Source: Mobula hypostoma (Eukaryota). From it: a DNA stretch of 64,000 nucleotides. Below are positions 52,201-61,239 of the stretch, piece by piece. The first letter of the stretch is position 1; each line of letters starts with the position of its first letter. The notes under the pieces were generated by a model. It was not told the origin of the DNA. It saw only the letters and a list, made by a program, of their open reading frames with translations, and made no database searches. The position numbers were made by a program, and so were the translations under genes. The DNA lies in contig NC_086108.1 of NCBI RefSeq assembly GCF_963921235.1, positions 6,200,001 to 6,264,000 on the forward strand. The letters are read 5' to 3'.

Positions 52201-55200
52201 GATAGGTGACCCGGGTTCAATTCCCGCCACTGCCTGTAAGGAGTTTGTACATTCTCCCCGTCACCGCGTGGGTTTCCTCCAAGTGATTAGGATTAGGCTC
52301 GGATTAAATTCCTCCGGGTGTTCCGGTTTCCTCCCACCGTCCAGACCTGCTGGTTGGTAGGTTAATTGGTCATTGTAAATCGTGCCTTCGGGTTGTCAGA
52401 AGATTGCTGGGCAGGCGGCCCCAGGGGCTATATGGGCTTATTCCACGCTGCATCTTAATCAATCTTAATTAAATAATACATATATGGTAGCGTGGGGTGG
52501 GAGGGATTGGTCGACAGCCCACCCCAGGCTTTCCTAGTGGCCAACACTATTTACTGTTCTTGTTTCAAAATACTTTCGTGGCATTACAGTAGGGGGTCGC
52601 ACTGACTGTAACCGGGGTATGTAATAATGACCTCCCCCGTCTGTATATGACTGGGGGGGGGTTCTGCCTGGGTCATTGCGGTAGGTGTTTTTTCGTGCTT
52701 GTCTCAATAAAAACGGCTGTTGAGTTAAAGGAGCTTTTCTCGTCTGTCATCATAGAACGAATGCTCGCCAACATTACACTAAAATATCTAAATAAATAAA
52801 TCAATAGTGCAGAAAGACAGCTAATAATGAGGAACTGTTCGGAAATCTGATGGCGGAGGGGAAAGAAACTTCCTAACACATTTCGGGTGTCTTTCCGGAC
52901 CTACTGGCAGTCTTCTTCTTACCGTGTCCACGGACAGTGTACACATGGCCCAGCCAGAACTGGACACATTTTTACGCCTTGTCGTTGAATTCGGCAAGAT
53001 CTGCAACAGTACAGGATTCCTCTGGCCATGGGCATTGCAGGAGATGTTGCATAGTTTGTGGCTCAGTTCCACATTCACAAGCTGTCGGGCTGGTTGTATA
53101 TCCCCATTTGCTCAGTGACACCTTTGAATGACCTACACCAGTCCTAAATCTGTTGAGGCACTTCCAGGTTGCCCAGTTGCAATGAGCTCCTGGGGGAAGG
53201 CTTTCACCTGGTGGAATTTCCATCACTGGGGGTTGTTTGAGACTGGCGAGCCGGTCTTTCCACAAGGTGATGCGGGCTTCAGACGGGGTTGATTGTAATG
53301 GAACAACACTGTTCATGAAGCTCTTCCTTGACTTCAGGCTGCTGGGTGTAGATGTATGACCATGTAGAGGGTGCCTCCCATCTGGTGTTTGACAGAGTCA
53401 TCCTTCTTTCTGGCTACGGTTCTTCTTATATCAGGGGGAGTGATACCTGTCAGGATATATGGGCTGTTGGTGTTTGTTGGTTTCAAACAACCTGTGATAA
53501 GTCGGCAGCTTGCATTCAGAACGGCATCCATCTTCTTAGCATGAACAGATCTTCCCCATGCAGGGCAGGCTTATTCGGCAGTGGAATAGCAAAGAACAAG
53601 TTCGAAATGTTTTCGAGCTTGCTCCCCATTTTGTGTTAGCGAGCTTATTCAGGATGTTGTTTCGTGCGCTCACTTTTGCCTTTGTCTTATTGATGTGGTT
53701 CTTGAAAGTGAGGCACCTGTCAACGATGACTCCTAAGTAGACAGGGTGCTCGCAATGTGTCACTGTTGCTCCACACCGGGTCACTTTAGGCTGTCGTTTG
53801 GCTTCACGGTTCCTGAGGTGGAATGCTCAAACTTGCATCTTTGATGGGTTTGCGCGGAGGTGGTTTTCTTTATAGTCGGATGTTAGTCCCTCCAGGGCCT
53901 CAGAAAGCGTTTTCTCCACGGTGTTAAAACCAGTGCTCTGGGCAGTGATGCGTAAGTCATCAGCATATATAAAACGGCGTGTGACAGCATCTATAGGTTG
54001 GCCATTCGTGTAGATGTTGTTCAGCAGCGGTGAAAACACACTTCCCTGAGGAAGACCATTTTTCTGAACACGCCGCCTGCTGCGCTTCCATATAACCATA
54101 TAACAATTACCCACCTAGTTCAACGTAGAACCGGCGATTCTGAAGCATGCTTTCTCACAACTCTGTTAAGTGAATATCTTTTCTCATCTCTAGGATCTTG
54201 CAGAGGAGACGTCTATGGTTCACTGTATCGTAAGCTGCTGACAAGTCTACAGAAACAACCTGTTACCAGCCCTTGCTCAAAACCATCTTCGATAGATTGT
54301 GTGAGGTTGAGCAGTTGGCTTGTTGTTGATCTGCCGGGGCGGAAACCGGCTTGCCCTGGAATGACCTTCTCATCTACAGTTGGTGCTATCCTATTGTGTA
54401 TCGGGCGTTCAAACCGCTTACTGGTGTGGCAAAGCAGTGAGACGGGCCGAAAACTCTTAGGATCTGAGGGATCTTTTCCGGGCTTTAATAGTGCTATTAC
54501 ATGTGACTTCTGCCAAATATTAGGTAGCTTGTATGTTGCCAGACAGCGGTTGAACAATTGTAGGAGCCATTTCTTTGCTTGCTGTCCAAACTGCTTTATC
54601 TGCTCCAATTACTGGCAGTAATGAGAAGAGAACAGGAATCCTGCCTGTAAACTGTCCCCGGCAGTTTTGAACGTGGTGATTTCAGAATCACAATCAGGTG
54701 TATCATCATGGACATAAGTGCCATGAAATTTGTTGGTTTGCGGAAGCAGTGCAGTGCAAAATTACTGTTACAAAATATTAATAAATGGTTCCAAAAGAAG
54801 TCACAAACAAAGAATCTGCAGATGCTGGAAAAACGAGCAACACACACAAAATGCTGGAGTACAGTCGACTGTACTCTTCCATAGATGCTGCCTGGCCTGC
54901 TGAGTTCCTCCAACATTTTGTGCGTGTTGATAATAGCGACGTCTTAGTGATTTGATACAGTGATTTACGTTTTTTAAAAATCAGCCCTCACGCAACTGCT
55001 TCGGCGGCTTTCCCAAAGAAAGCTGCCCGCGGGGAGTAAGTTTTTTTTAAGAAACAAATTCTCTCTGTGTGTAATTTAAATATACAGACATTGTCCCTAC
55101 CTTGATGAGGGATTTGTGGGGTGCTTTCAAATCCAGTTGGAATAGGTTGCCGATGATCGGGAGGGCAGGGGGACCCGGGGGAAGCCTGCCTTTCTGCCGC

Positions 55201-55283
55201 TGGTTGTTCTGAAAGAATCTCGCCAGAAGCAGGACGCTCAGTAAAACAACCAACAAAGTTGTCAACGGTTCATCAAAACTCAT
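15761..55283 (-). CDS. CYP2: Cytochrome P450 family 2 gene, 9 exons, 495 aa, apparently intact: complement(join(15761..15942,20830..20971,22761..22948,24300..24441,27211..27387,33036..33196,34319..34468,44955..45117,55101..55283))
   Basis: Exons were assembled by hand. All 8 introns are GT..AG with compatible phases; total 1488 nt with no internal stop seen. Internal exon sizes 163/150/161/177/142/188/142 are the canonical vertebrate CYP2 layout. Motifs: N-terminal anchor plus [29 protein letters not shown] (ExxR) and [11 protein letters not shown] (heme Cys). Subfamily cannot be assigned without a phylogeny. Confidence 0.96.
16042..16688 (+). mobile_element. ~650-bp non-coding retroposon (CpG-rich head, AATAAA, (AATCT)n tail) in CYP2 intron 8
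   Basis: A second copy at ~48921-51262 is split by the Tigger, and a tail-only copy lies at ~59714-59868. Confidence 0.75.
20830..20971 (-). CDS. CYP2: CYP2 exon 8 ([48 protein letters not shown])
   Basis: Meander region (PESF..HFLD); tag|GGC ... G|gtatac; 142 nt. Confidence 0.95.
21649..21752. mobile_element. Tc1-like terminal inverted repeat fragment resembling a Sleeping Beauty/salmonid-type IR/DR
   Basis: TA|CAGTTGAAGTCAGAAGTTTACATACACCTTAGCCAAATACATTTAAACTCAGTTTTTCACAAT... matches the recalled SB right-end sequence closely; truncated after ~100 bp by a CR1 fragment. Confidence 0.8.
22761..22948 (-). CDS. CYP2: CYP2 exon 7 ([12 protein letters not shown]...[24 protein letters not shown]...FRGYLIPK)
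   Basis: K-helix ExxR; cag|AG ... AAG|gtcgga; 188 nt. Confidence 0.95.
24300..24441 (-). CDS. CYP2: CYP2 exon 6 ([47 protein letters not shown])
   Basis: Absent from the ORF track, read by hand. I-helix AGTETT; cag|GAC ... G|gtaagc; 142 nt. Confidence 0.95.
24635..25350 (-). mobile_element. Rex1/Babar-like LINE 3' fragment
   Basis: [28 protein letters not shown]...[12 protein letters not shown], then LLPSGKR...[13 protein letters not shown] and a 3' UTR. Confidence 0.75.
26570..27050 (+). mobile_element. RTE-clade LINE 3' fragment
   Basis: [13 protein letters not shown]...KWVGHVMRR...[12 protein letters not shown] followed by a short taag-type tail. Confidence 0.7.
27211..27387 (-). CDS. 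CYP2: CYP2 exon 5 ([20 protein letters not shown]...[14 protein letters not shown])
   Basis: PRDYIDCFL motif; cag|TTG ... GAG|gtaatg; 177 nt. Confidence 0.95.
27775..28242 (-). mobile_element. 3' fragment of a non-LTR element with restriction-like endonuclease (HERO/R2-R4-like)
   Basis: [10 protein letters not shown]...ERKLSKY..L......GW...[10 protein letters not shown] is the typical RLE C-terminal signature. Confidence 0.75.
28243..28284. repeat. (TA)16(TG)5 microsatellite
   Basis: Read directly from the sequence. Confidence 0.95.
29830..30680 (+). mobile_element. Rex1-like LINE internal fragment (endonuclease-RT linker)
   Basis: [26 protein letters not shown]...[12 protein letters not shown]. 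Confidence 0.75.
30945..32165 (-). mobile_element. CR1 fragment with a second CR1 nested in it (~31245-31806)
   Basis: [19 protein letters not shown] and [10 protein letters not shown]...[10 protein letters not shown]; ccacat duplicated at 31239-31244 and 31807-31812. Confidence 0.8.
32274..32865 (+). mobile_element. Older Penelope-like 3' fragment
   Basis: Degenerate endonuclease tail (ctgggtagcctccaacctgatggcatgaac) followed by a pyrimidine-rich pLTR with a decayed hammerhead. Confidence 0.75.
33036..33196 (-). CDS. CYP2: CYP2 exon 4 ([54 protein letters not shown])
   Basis: [17 protein letters not shown] motif; cag|GT ... CAG|gtatgt; 161 nt. Confidence 0.95.
33279..33795. mobile_element. 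Inverted pair of Penelope pLTR-derived repeats in CYP2 intron 3
   Basis: Minus copy ~33279-33655 and plus copy ~33660-33795, each with a mutated hammerhead core (33381-33417 AAAAC; 33696-33731 GCC triplet). Confidence 0.7.
34319..34468 (-). CDS. CYP2: CYP2 exon 3 ([49 protein letters not shown])
   Basis: Absent from the ORF track, read by hand. WxxxR C-helix and LRNFGMGK; cag|GA ... G|gtttgt; 150 nt. Confidence 0.95.
35745..36870 (+). mobile_element. Degenerate CR1 RT region plus 3' end
   Basis: Decayed [23 protein letters not shown] and [10 protein letters not shown] remnants. Confidence 0.75.
38113..38548 (+). repeat. Minisatellite, 7 units of 57-67 bp, in CYP2 intron 2
   Basis: Unit cagcctggtaaccgctccaaactgcccccc...cagctcaacgcctctc starts at 38115, 38172, 38235, 38298, 38365, 38428 and 38490. 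Confidence 0.92.
40488..40947. mobile_element. Non-autonomous Penelope-derived fold-back insertion with 11-bp TSD
   Basis: Two pLTR pieces in inverted orientation (~40488-40568 vs ~40826-40907). TSD ttcaggaatag at 40477-40487 and 40948-40958. Interrupts a LINE 3'-tail fragment. Confidence 0.85.
40544..40579 (-). ncRNA. Minimal hammerhead ribozyme motif, CYP2 intron 2, sense to the pre-mRNA
   Basis: Same 36-nt sequence as 44085-44120. Confidence 0.7.
41667..42961 (-). mobile_element. hAT (Buster/Charlie-like) non-autonomous DNA transposon
   Basis: 15-bp TIRs caggggtccccaacc / ggttggggaccgctg (14/15 match). 8-bp TSD ATATAGGC at 41659-41666 and 42962-42969, with central TA as typical of Buster. 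Transposase C-terminal remnant on minus ([14 protein letters not shown]...[11 protein letters not shown]...[11 protein letters not shown]). Confidence 0.92.
43390..44020 (+). mobile_element. CR1 LINE 3' fragment
   Basis: [10 protein letters not shown]...LEYCVQF; interrupted at the 3' end by the Penelope fragment. Confidence 0.7.
44021..44650 (-). mobile_element. Penelope-like 3' fragment (end of endonuclease plus pLTR)
   Basis: Near-identical to the reverse complement of ~9775-10400; inserted into a CR1 3' end. Confidence 0.88.
44085..44120 (-). ncRNA. Minimal hammerhead ribozyme motif, CYP2 intron 2, sense to the pre-mRNA
   Basis: Minus strand AGTC CTGACGA AGGGTCTCGGCCT GAAAC GTC GACT. Confidence 0.7.
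44955..45117 (-). CDS. CYP2: CYP2 exon 2 ([55 protein letters not shown])
   Basis: Acceptor cag|CTG, donor G|gtaaga; 163 nt. Confidence 0.95.
48921..51262 (+). mobile_element. Second copy of the ~650-bp retroposon, interrupted by the Tigger element
   Basis: Removing 49424-51091 restores tcaaattatggtattgctttgcac, matching 16501-16524. Confidence 0.8.
49424..51089 (-). mobile_element. Tigger/pogo (Tc1-mariner superfamily) internally deleted transposon
   Basis: TA TSD at 49422-23 and 51090-91; imperfect TIRs caggt(t/g)tcccc..gc. Minus-strand N-terminal HTH remnant ([22 protein letters not shown]) joined directly to an acidic C-terminus ending [10 protein letters not shown] (PIP-box-like). DDE core is absent. 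Confidence 0.9.
52160..52470 (+). mobile_element. tRNA-derived V-SINE (HE1-like); representative of >10 copies (e.g. ~18170-18460, 19520-19780, 25920-26180, 26360-26570, 34975-35250, 37870-38030)
   Basis: A-box/B-box-like head (ggttcaattccc) followed by the V-SINE core gagtttgtac.ttctccccgt...gggtttcctccgggtg.tccggtttcctccc. Confidence 0.7.
52912..54608 (-). mobile_element. Degenerate RTE-like LINE (RT plus C-terminal Cys/His region), 5'-truncated
   Basis: Frameshifted fragments: [61 protein letters not shown]. (AAG)n-like tail at 52912-52920. Confidence 0.85.
55101..55283 (-). CDS. CYP2: CYP2 exon 1 ([24 protein letters not shown]...[28 protein letters not shown])
   Basis: Hydrophobic signal-anchor, basic linker and proline-rich hinge; donor AAG|gtaggg; 183 nt, phase 0. 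Confidence 0.95.
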
Positions 55284-55440
55284 GATGACAGAGTACGCAG
55301 ATTCTGGAAAAGAAGCAAGAGAGGCTGTATCTCAAAATTCACAGTTGTACCACTTTCACCAGATTCAAACAGTAAACTACCCTTAAATTAAGGGCAATTA
55401 AAGTCCCGATTGAAGTTCACACTGCCATCCGCACTGACAA

Positions 55441-55450
55441 CTTTTATACA
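55441..55450 (-). promoter_or_regulatory. Candidate TATA box for CYP2
   Basis: Plus strand cttttataca reads TGTATAAAAG on the gene strand, ~160 bp upstream of the ATG in non-repetitive-looking sequence. Motif evidence only. Confidence 0.4.
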
Positions 55451-55879
55451 TTTGATTAAGTCTCATTATGGACCGCCCTTCGGAGTTCTGACGCGGCCTC
55501 ATGTCAGTGGGCGTGAGTAATGTTCTCAACAAATAAAACTATCGAGAATTGAAATGGTTTTCAAAAGGCTGACAATTCCGAATCACCTTCATTGTCAGGT
55601 AAAAGCTGGGTAAACCGGACCGCAAGCAGCTGAGAATTCCTCCGGCCATCGTTGGAATATATTGATTCTATGCATTCCGTCTGACTTAAGTTCCATTGTA
55701 AAACTGAAAGTTCAAATTAGTGTTATCACCAGGATATGAGGCATGTTTTGCACGTTCACCAGCAGCTGCAGTGGAGAGACAGGCTTCGATTGACATCAAT
55801 GTATCTGGGGTTGAGAGGGTGAACAGCTTTAAACCCCTCAGCATGCGCCCGTCGTGCATGCAGCCTGTTACAGCCGTTC

Positions 55880-57355
55880 CGATAGGATTCTTACTTTTTA
55901 ACTTAGGTTATTTTTTGTATTTTTTTTCACGGTAACACGTCGAAGTTGCACCCTCTCTAACATGCTGGTAGAGAGAGTTTTAGTTGGGTTTTTAACGCTG
56001 GAAATAGTTACATCCAGACATGCGGGTCAGAAGCAAGGTCGCATTGTTCATTCCAGGGACCAGCTGCTTGCGCTTATGCCGGCCGGTTTAGCGAGCAGAG
56101 CGGCGGACACCCCTGCTGAAATCTGGAGAAAAACACACAGAGGATGCAGAGGGGGAACACAAAGTCGAGGAAAGAGGACCGGGTCGAGACAACAGAGACT
56201 TATGGAGAAGAGGAGTTGGTGGGTAATAAGAGTTCACGGCGCTAGCCAGGCATCAGAGAACATTTCGGGAGTGCAATGTTATGTGTTTCACTGGAACGGG
56301 GCTGCACGAGGACATACCCGATCAAAAGTTTTCCATGGAGGGCTTCCAGACCGTTCGGGCTGACCGGAAGTGCACTGAGAGCGGTAAGCGTAAAGGAGTT
56401 GGGTGCTTACTGTTCTGGTTAACAACAGATGGTGCAATCCGGGTCATATTACGATCGAGGAACGTGTTTGTAGACCGAATATTGCACTTTTTACTGTTGG
56501 ACTTCGGCCACATTCCACCGAGATACAACACTGGGCGGCACGGGAGGTCGTTCTTGCCTGTGGCCATCGAATTTGCAGCTCCTCCCGTGGAGGGTCAGAC
56601 ACCCTGAGCCAATAGACTGGTCCTGGACATTTTTCCATCCGGCATAGTTTGCATTTTGTTGTTTGATTGTTTGTGGTTTTTGTATTGCTATATTTATGCT
56701 CAATTCTTGGTTAGTGCAGCTGTAATGAAACCAATTTCCCTCAGGATCAATAAAGTATATCTATCTATCTATCTATACACATCACTGAGGATCTCACATG
56801 GTCTGTACATACTGGCTGTGTGGTGAAAAAGACACAACAGCGCCTCTTTCACCTCAGACGGTTGAAGAAGTTTGGTATGGGCCCCCAAATCCTAAGAACT
56901 TTCTACAGGGACACAATTGAGAGCATCCTGACTAGCTGCATCACTGCCTGGTATGGGAACTGTACCTCCCTTAATCGCAGGACTCTGCAGAGAGTGGTGC
57001 GGACAGCCCACCGCATCTGTAGTTGTGAACTTCCCACCATTCAGGACATTTACAAAGACAGGTGTGTAAACAGGGCCCGAAGGTACCACAAACTGTTCCA
57101 GCTGCTTCCATCCGGGAAGCGGTACTGCAGCATAACAGCCAGGACCAACAGGCTCCAGGACAGCTTCTACCACCAGGCCATCAGACTGATGATGATGCAA
57201 TTGTGTCATATTATCATATTGGCTGTCCTGTTGTACATTCTATTTATTATAAATTACTATAAATTGCACATCGCACATTTAGACGGAGACATAATGTAAA
57301 GATTTTTACTCCTCGTGTATGAAGGATGTAAGTAATAAAGTCAATTCAATTCAAT
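55880..57355 (+). mobile_element. Two adjacent Rex1-like LINE pieces (internally deleted copy, then 3' fragment)
   Basis: 55880-56760: N-terminal/endonuclease remnants (FQTVRADR, VNNRWCNPGHIT) with a (CTAT)n tail. 56775-57355: KKTQQRLFHLRRLKKFGM...LLPSGKRY with an (attca)n tail. Confidence 0.7.
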
Positions 57356-57716
57356 TCCTGGGTCCCTCCACCCTCGGATTGCCGTCAAGATTGTTTAATG
57401 TCATTTCCAGAACATGTGTAAAGGCAAACGAAATGTTCGTTACTTCGGCTCTGATGCACAACAACAAAAACCACAATAAGATCGAGAACACAGCCCAGTC
57501 CATCACAGGTAAAGCCCTCCCCACCATTGAACACATCTACATGAAACATTGCTGCAGGCAAGCAGCATCCATCATCAGGGACAACACCACCCTCCCCAGA
57601 TCATGCTCTCCTCTCACTGCTGCCATCAGGAAGAAAGTACTGGAGCCTCAGGACTCGCACCTCCAGGTTCAGGAACAGTTACTACCCCTCAACCATCAGG
57701 CTCTTCAACTTCACTC

Positions 57717-58555
57717 AAAGCAACACACAAAATGCTGGAGGAACTCAGCAGGTCAGGCAGCATCTCTAGGAAGAAGAACAGTCGACGTTTCGGGTCGAGA
57801 CCCTTCGTCAGGACTAATGGAAAAAGGAAATAGTAAGAGATTTGAAAGTGGGAGGGGGAGGGGAGGGGAAGACCCGAAATGATAGGAGAAGACAGGCGGG
57901 GTGGGGGGGGGGATAAAGCTAAGAGCTGGGAAGTTGATTGGCAAAAGGTATACAAGGCTGGAGAAGGGTGAGTATCATGGGACGGGAGGCCGTGGAAGAA
58001 AGAAAGGGGGAGGGCAGCACCAGAGGAAGATGGAGAACAGACAAGGAGTTATTGTGAGAGGGAAAGAGAGAATAGATAGACAGATAAATAAATAAATAGA
58101 TAGATAAATAAGGGATGGGGTAAGAAGGGGAGGTGGGGCATTAACAGAAGTTAGAAAAATCAGTGTTCATGCCATCAGGTTGGAGGCTACCCAGATGGAA
58201 TATAAGGTGTTGTTCCTCCAACCTGAGTGTGGCTTCATCTCGACATTAGAGGAGGCCGTGGATTGACATATCAGAATGGGAATGGGATGTGGTATTAAAA
58301 TGTGTGGCCACTGGGAGATCCTGCTTCCTCTGGCGGACAGAGCAGAGGTGTTCAGTGAAGTGGTCTCTCAAACTGCGTCGGGTCTCACCAATATATAAAA
58401 GATCACACCGGGAGCACTGGACACAGTATATCACACCCGCAGACTCACAGGTGAAGTGTCTCGTGTATGTATAAACAGTTGACATTTCGGGCCAAGACCC
58501 TTCATCAGGACTGGAAAGAAAAATGATAAATCAGAGTATGGAGGTGGGGGGAGTC
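57717..58555 (-). mobile_element. Penelope-like 3' fragment (GIY-YIG remnant with YIGET, plus pLTR) and a second pLTR piece
   Basis: ORF 58246..58485 HFTCESAGVIYCVQCSRCDLLYIGET; hammerhead motifs at 57780-57815 and 58477-58512 (degenerate). Confidence 0.85.
57780..57815 (-). ncRNA. Minimal hammerhead ribozyme motif (best-formed copy)
   Basis: Minus strand AGTC CTGACGA A GGGT CTCG ACCC GAAAC GTC GACT; stem II fully Watson-Crick; predicted cleavage between 57784 and 57783. Confidence 0.8.
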
Positions 58556-58829
58556 AGTATATACGAGTGAGGAGTAGCCTCAAAATATGAGTGTGGGAAA
58601 GCTGGTGGAGTTTTGGATTGTTCAAAGTACATTTATTATCAAAGTATGTATATTATATACAACCTTGAGATTCGTCTCTTTACAGGCAGCCACGAAACAA
58701 CTAAACCTGAAAGGACCCATTTAAAAAATGCTGTCAAACAGCTAATGTGCAGAAAAAAACAAATGGTGCAAACAATAAAAGGAAGCAAATAACATTCAGA
58801 ACTGAAGTTTGTGGAAGTGAATCCACAGC

Positions 58830-59712
58830 CACAAAGCCAGTCATCACTGCAGCCGATACAGGAGCCTGCCTCGAAGACATACCCGTTGGGCCTGAAGGTA
58901 AGAAGCTCCTTTGTGATGTGTCCACCGGGCAACCTCGGCCCATTGTCCCGACCACTTGGAGGTGCCGCGTTTTTGACACCTTGCACGGTTTAGCCCACCC
59001 TTCCATTTGGGCGACCATCCGGCTGATCGCAGACAGGTTTGTGTGGCACGGCCTACGCAAGGAGGTCGGGCACTGGGCCAGGATATCCATGCACTGTCAA
59101 ACCTCCAAAATCCAGAGGCACATGAGGGCCCCACTACAACGTAGGAGGTTTGAACATGTCCACGTGGACATCGTCGGCCCACTGCCGTTTCGAGAGGAGC
59201 GAGATACCTGTTCACCATGGTAGATAGGTTCATGAGGTGGTCAGAAGCTGCCCCACTCGCTGACACGGCCACGGAGACATGCGCCAGAGCCCTGATTACC
59301 ACCTGGGTGACACGGTTCGGACCCCCAGCCCACGTCACTTCAGACCGGGGTGTGCAGTTCACATCGGCTTTGTGGTCTGCACTGGCACAACTCCTCGGAA
59401 CCCAGCTCCACCGAACGACTGCTTACCACCCGCAGACTAACGGCCTGGTGGAACGCTTCCACAGGCACTTGAAGTCAGCCCTGATGGCACGCCTCCGAGG
59501 GCCAGACTGGGTGGTCGAACTCCCCTGGGTGCTGCTTGGTATCCTCACAGCACCCAAGGAGGACCTGGCCGCATCATCAGCCGAACTGGTTTACGGTGCC
59601 CCGCTCACAGTTCCCGGTGAGTTTGTGCCAGCACCCCGTGGCCCAGAAGACACACCTGCGGGGGTCCTAACTAAACTCTGGGAGCGGCTTGGAACACTTG
59701 CTCCAGTCCCGA
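58830..59712 (+). mobile_element. Gypsy/Ty3 LTR-retrotransposon integrase fragment (frameshifted)
   Basis: H..AHP zinc-binding region, HVHVDIVGPLP, VTSDRGVQFTS, TTAYHPQTNGLVERFHRHLK. No LTRs seen. Confidence 0.88.
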
Positions 59713-59869
59713 GCTATATGTTATAATTATGCGGTTTTTGTCAGTTTAGTCTTGGTCTGTCTTGTGTTTCTGTGATATCATACTGAAGGAACGTTGCATC
59801 ATTTTTTAATGCATGCATTTCTAAATGACAATAAACAAGGACTGAGTGTCCCCATAATCTAACCTAACT

Positions 59870-60565
59870 GTGACTTCAGCGATTTGTACCACTCTGAGTT
59901 AAACCCATCAGGACCTGGAGACTTTCCGGCCTTTAATCTTAATATGGCCATGTTCAGTTCTTTGGCAGTTACTGGTTCTAATAGGCATTCATTTTGTAAA
60001 TCTGTGAGCTTGGGTAGTTCTAAAGAATTCAGAAAAGTGTCTATATGGGACTCATTAGAGGCCCGGGGTTGAGAGTACAGTTCTCGATAATATGTTTCAA
60101 AACTCTCTTAAATTTTCCCGATTGTACTCTCAACAAGCTTTATTTTTGGATTCTTTATTTTATGAAATGTATTGTCTGCTTGTTGTTTACATAACTTATA
60201 TGCTAATAATCTAGTTGATTTACCTCCTACTTCATAATTCTTTTGTCTCAGGTAAAGAAAATTTCTTTGAGTTTCCAATGTGTAAATATCATCAATTTCA
60301 CTTTGCAATTTCTTAATTTCCTGTTTTAAATTAGAATTAATTTTGTTGCTACCTACAACTTGAAGTTGTTTTAATTTTCCTTGAAGGTCTGCTAATTTTT
60401 GTGCTTTAAATTTTTTCATGTGAGTAGTAATGGAAATAATTTTTCCTCTCTGTACAGCTTTCTCCCGTGTCATTAAAGTCTAGGTATTCTTTGACTTCTC
60501 CCCTTAATCTCTCCATTACTTTCAAGTTATTGAGTATATGTGAATTTAACCTCCATAGTGTTTTC
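59870..60565 (-). mobile_element. L1/Tx1-type LINE ORF2 fragment
   Basis: YEVGGKSTRLLAYKL linker and GKSPGPDGFNSEWYK (minus strand, ~59882-59927). Confidence 0.8.
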
Positions 60566-61239
60566 CTCATTTTCCCTTGTAGGCCACTTCATGAGTCAGT
60601 GCAGATAGTTTTGAGCTTCCATTCTATATAACTCTTGGATGCTATGGATAATCGAATAACCCCAGGATCTAGAATGAGGAAATCAGCTCCAATTCATTCA
60701 GTGAAGTTGAATCATTTTACAAACAGAACTGTCACCACACTAAACCCTTGATACAATCTCCATTCCCACCACTCAACGAGCTGATCTATCTGGCTTCTGT
60801 ACACCTCCTTGTCATCATCTGAAATTCTGACAACGATCGTTGTGTTGTCAGCAAATTTATCGATGGATCTGTTCAGAATGGAGCAGTCGGCCAAGCACGC
60901 ATCCTTGAAGGGCCCCAGTGTTGATTGTCGGTGAGGTGGAGATGTTATTTCCAGTCTGCTGATGAAGTTCAGGATACAGTTGCAGAGGGAGGTACAGAGG
61001 CCCAGGATTTGGTGCTTTTTGATCAGACCTGTAGGAATGATTATGTTAGATGCATGGCTATAGTCAATGTACAGCAGCCTGACATAAATATTGGTATTGA
61101 CCTGGTGATCCAAGACCCCCTACAGATGACTTGGACAGAGTCCTCTGTTGTGCAATTAAAACACTGTTAATGTGGACCCATATCCAAATCAAGATGAGAA
61201 TCAGTCTATTATCTCAGATATATGCTGTGAAATTTGTTG

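Noticed and set aside
52160..52235. tRNA-like A/B boxes here and at similar sites
   Set aside because: These are SINE heads running into the V-SINE core; no full cloverleaf.
58747..59726. Integrase ORFs as a domesticated gene or intact provirus
   Set aside because: Frameshifted and deleted, with no RT/gag, LTRs or TSD; flanked by unrelated repeat fragments.
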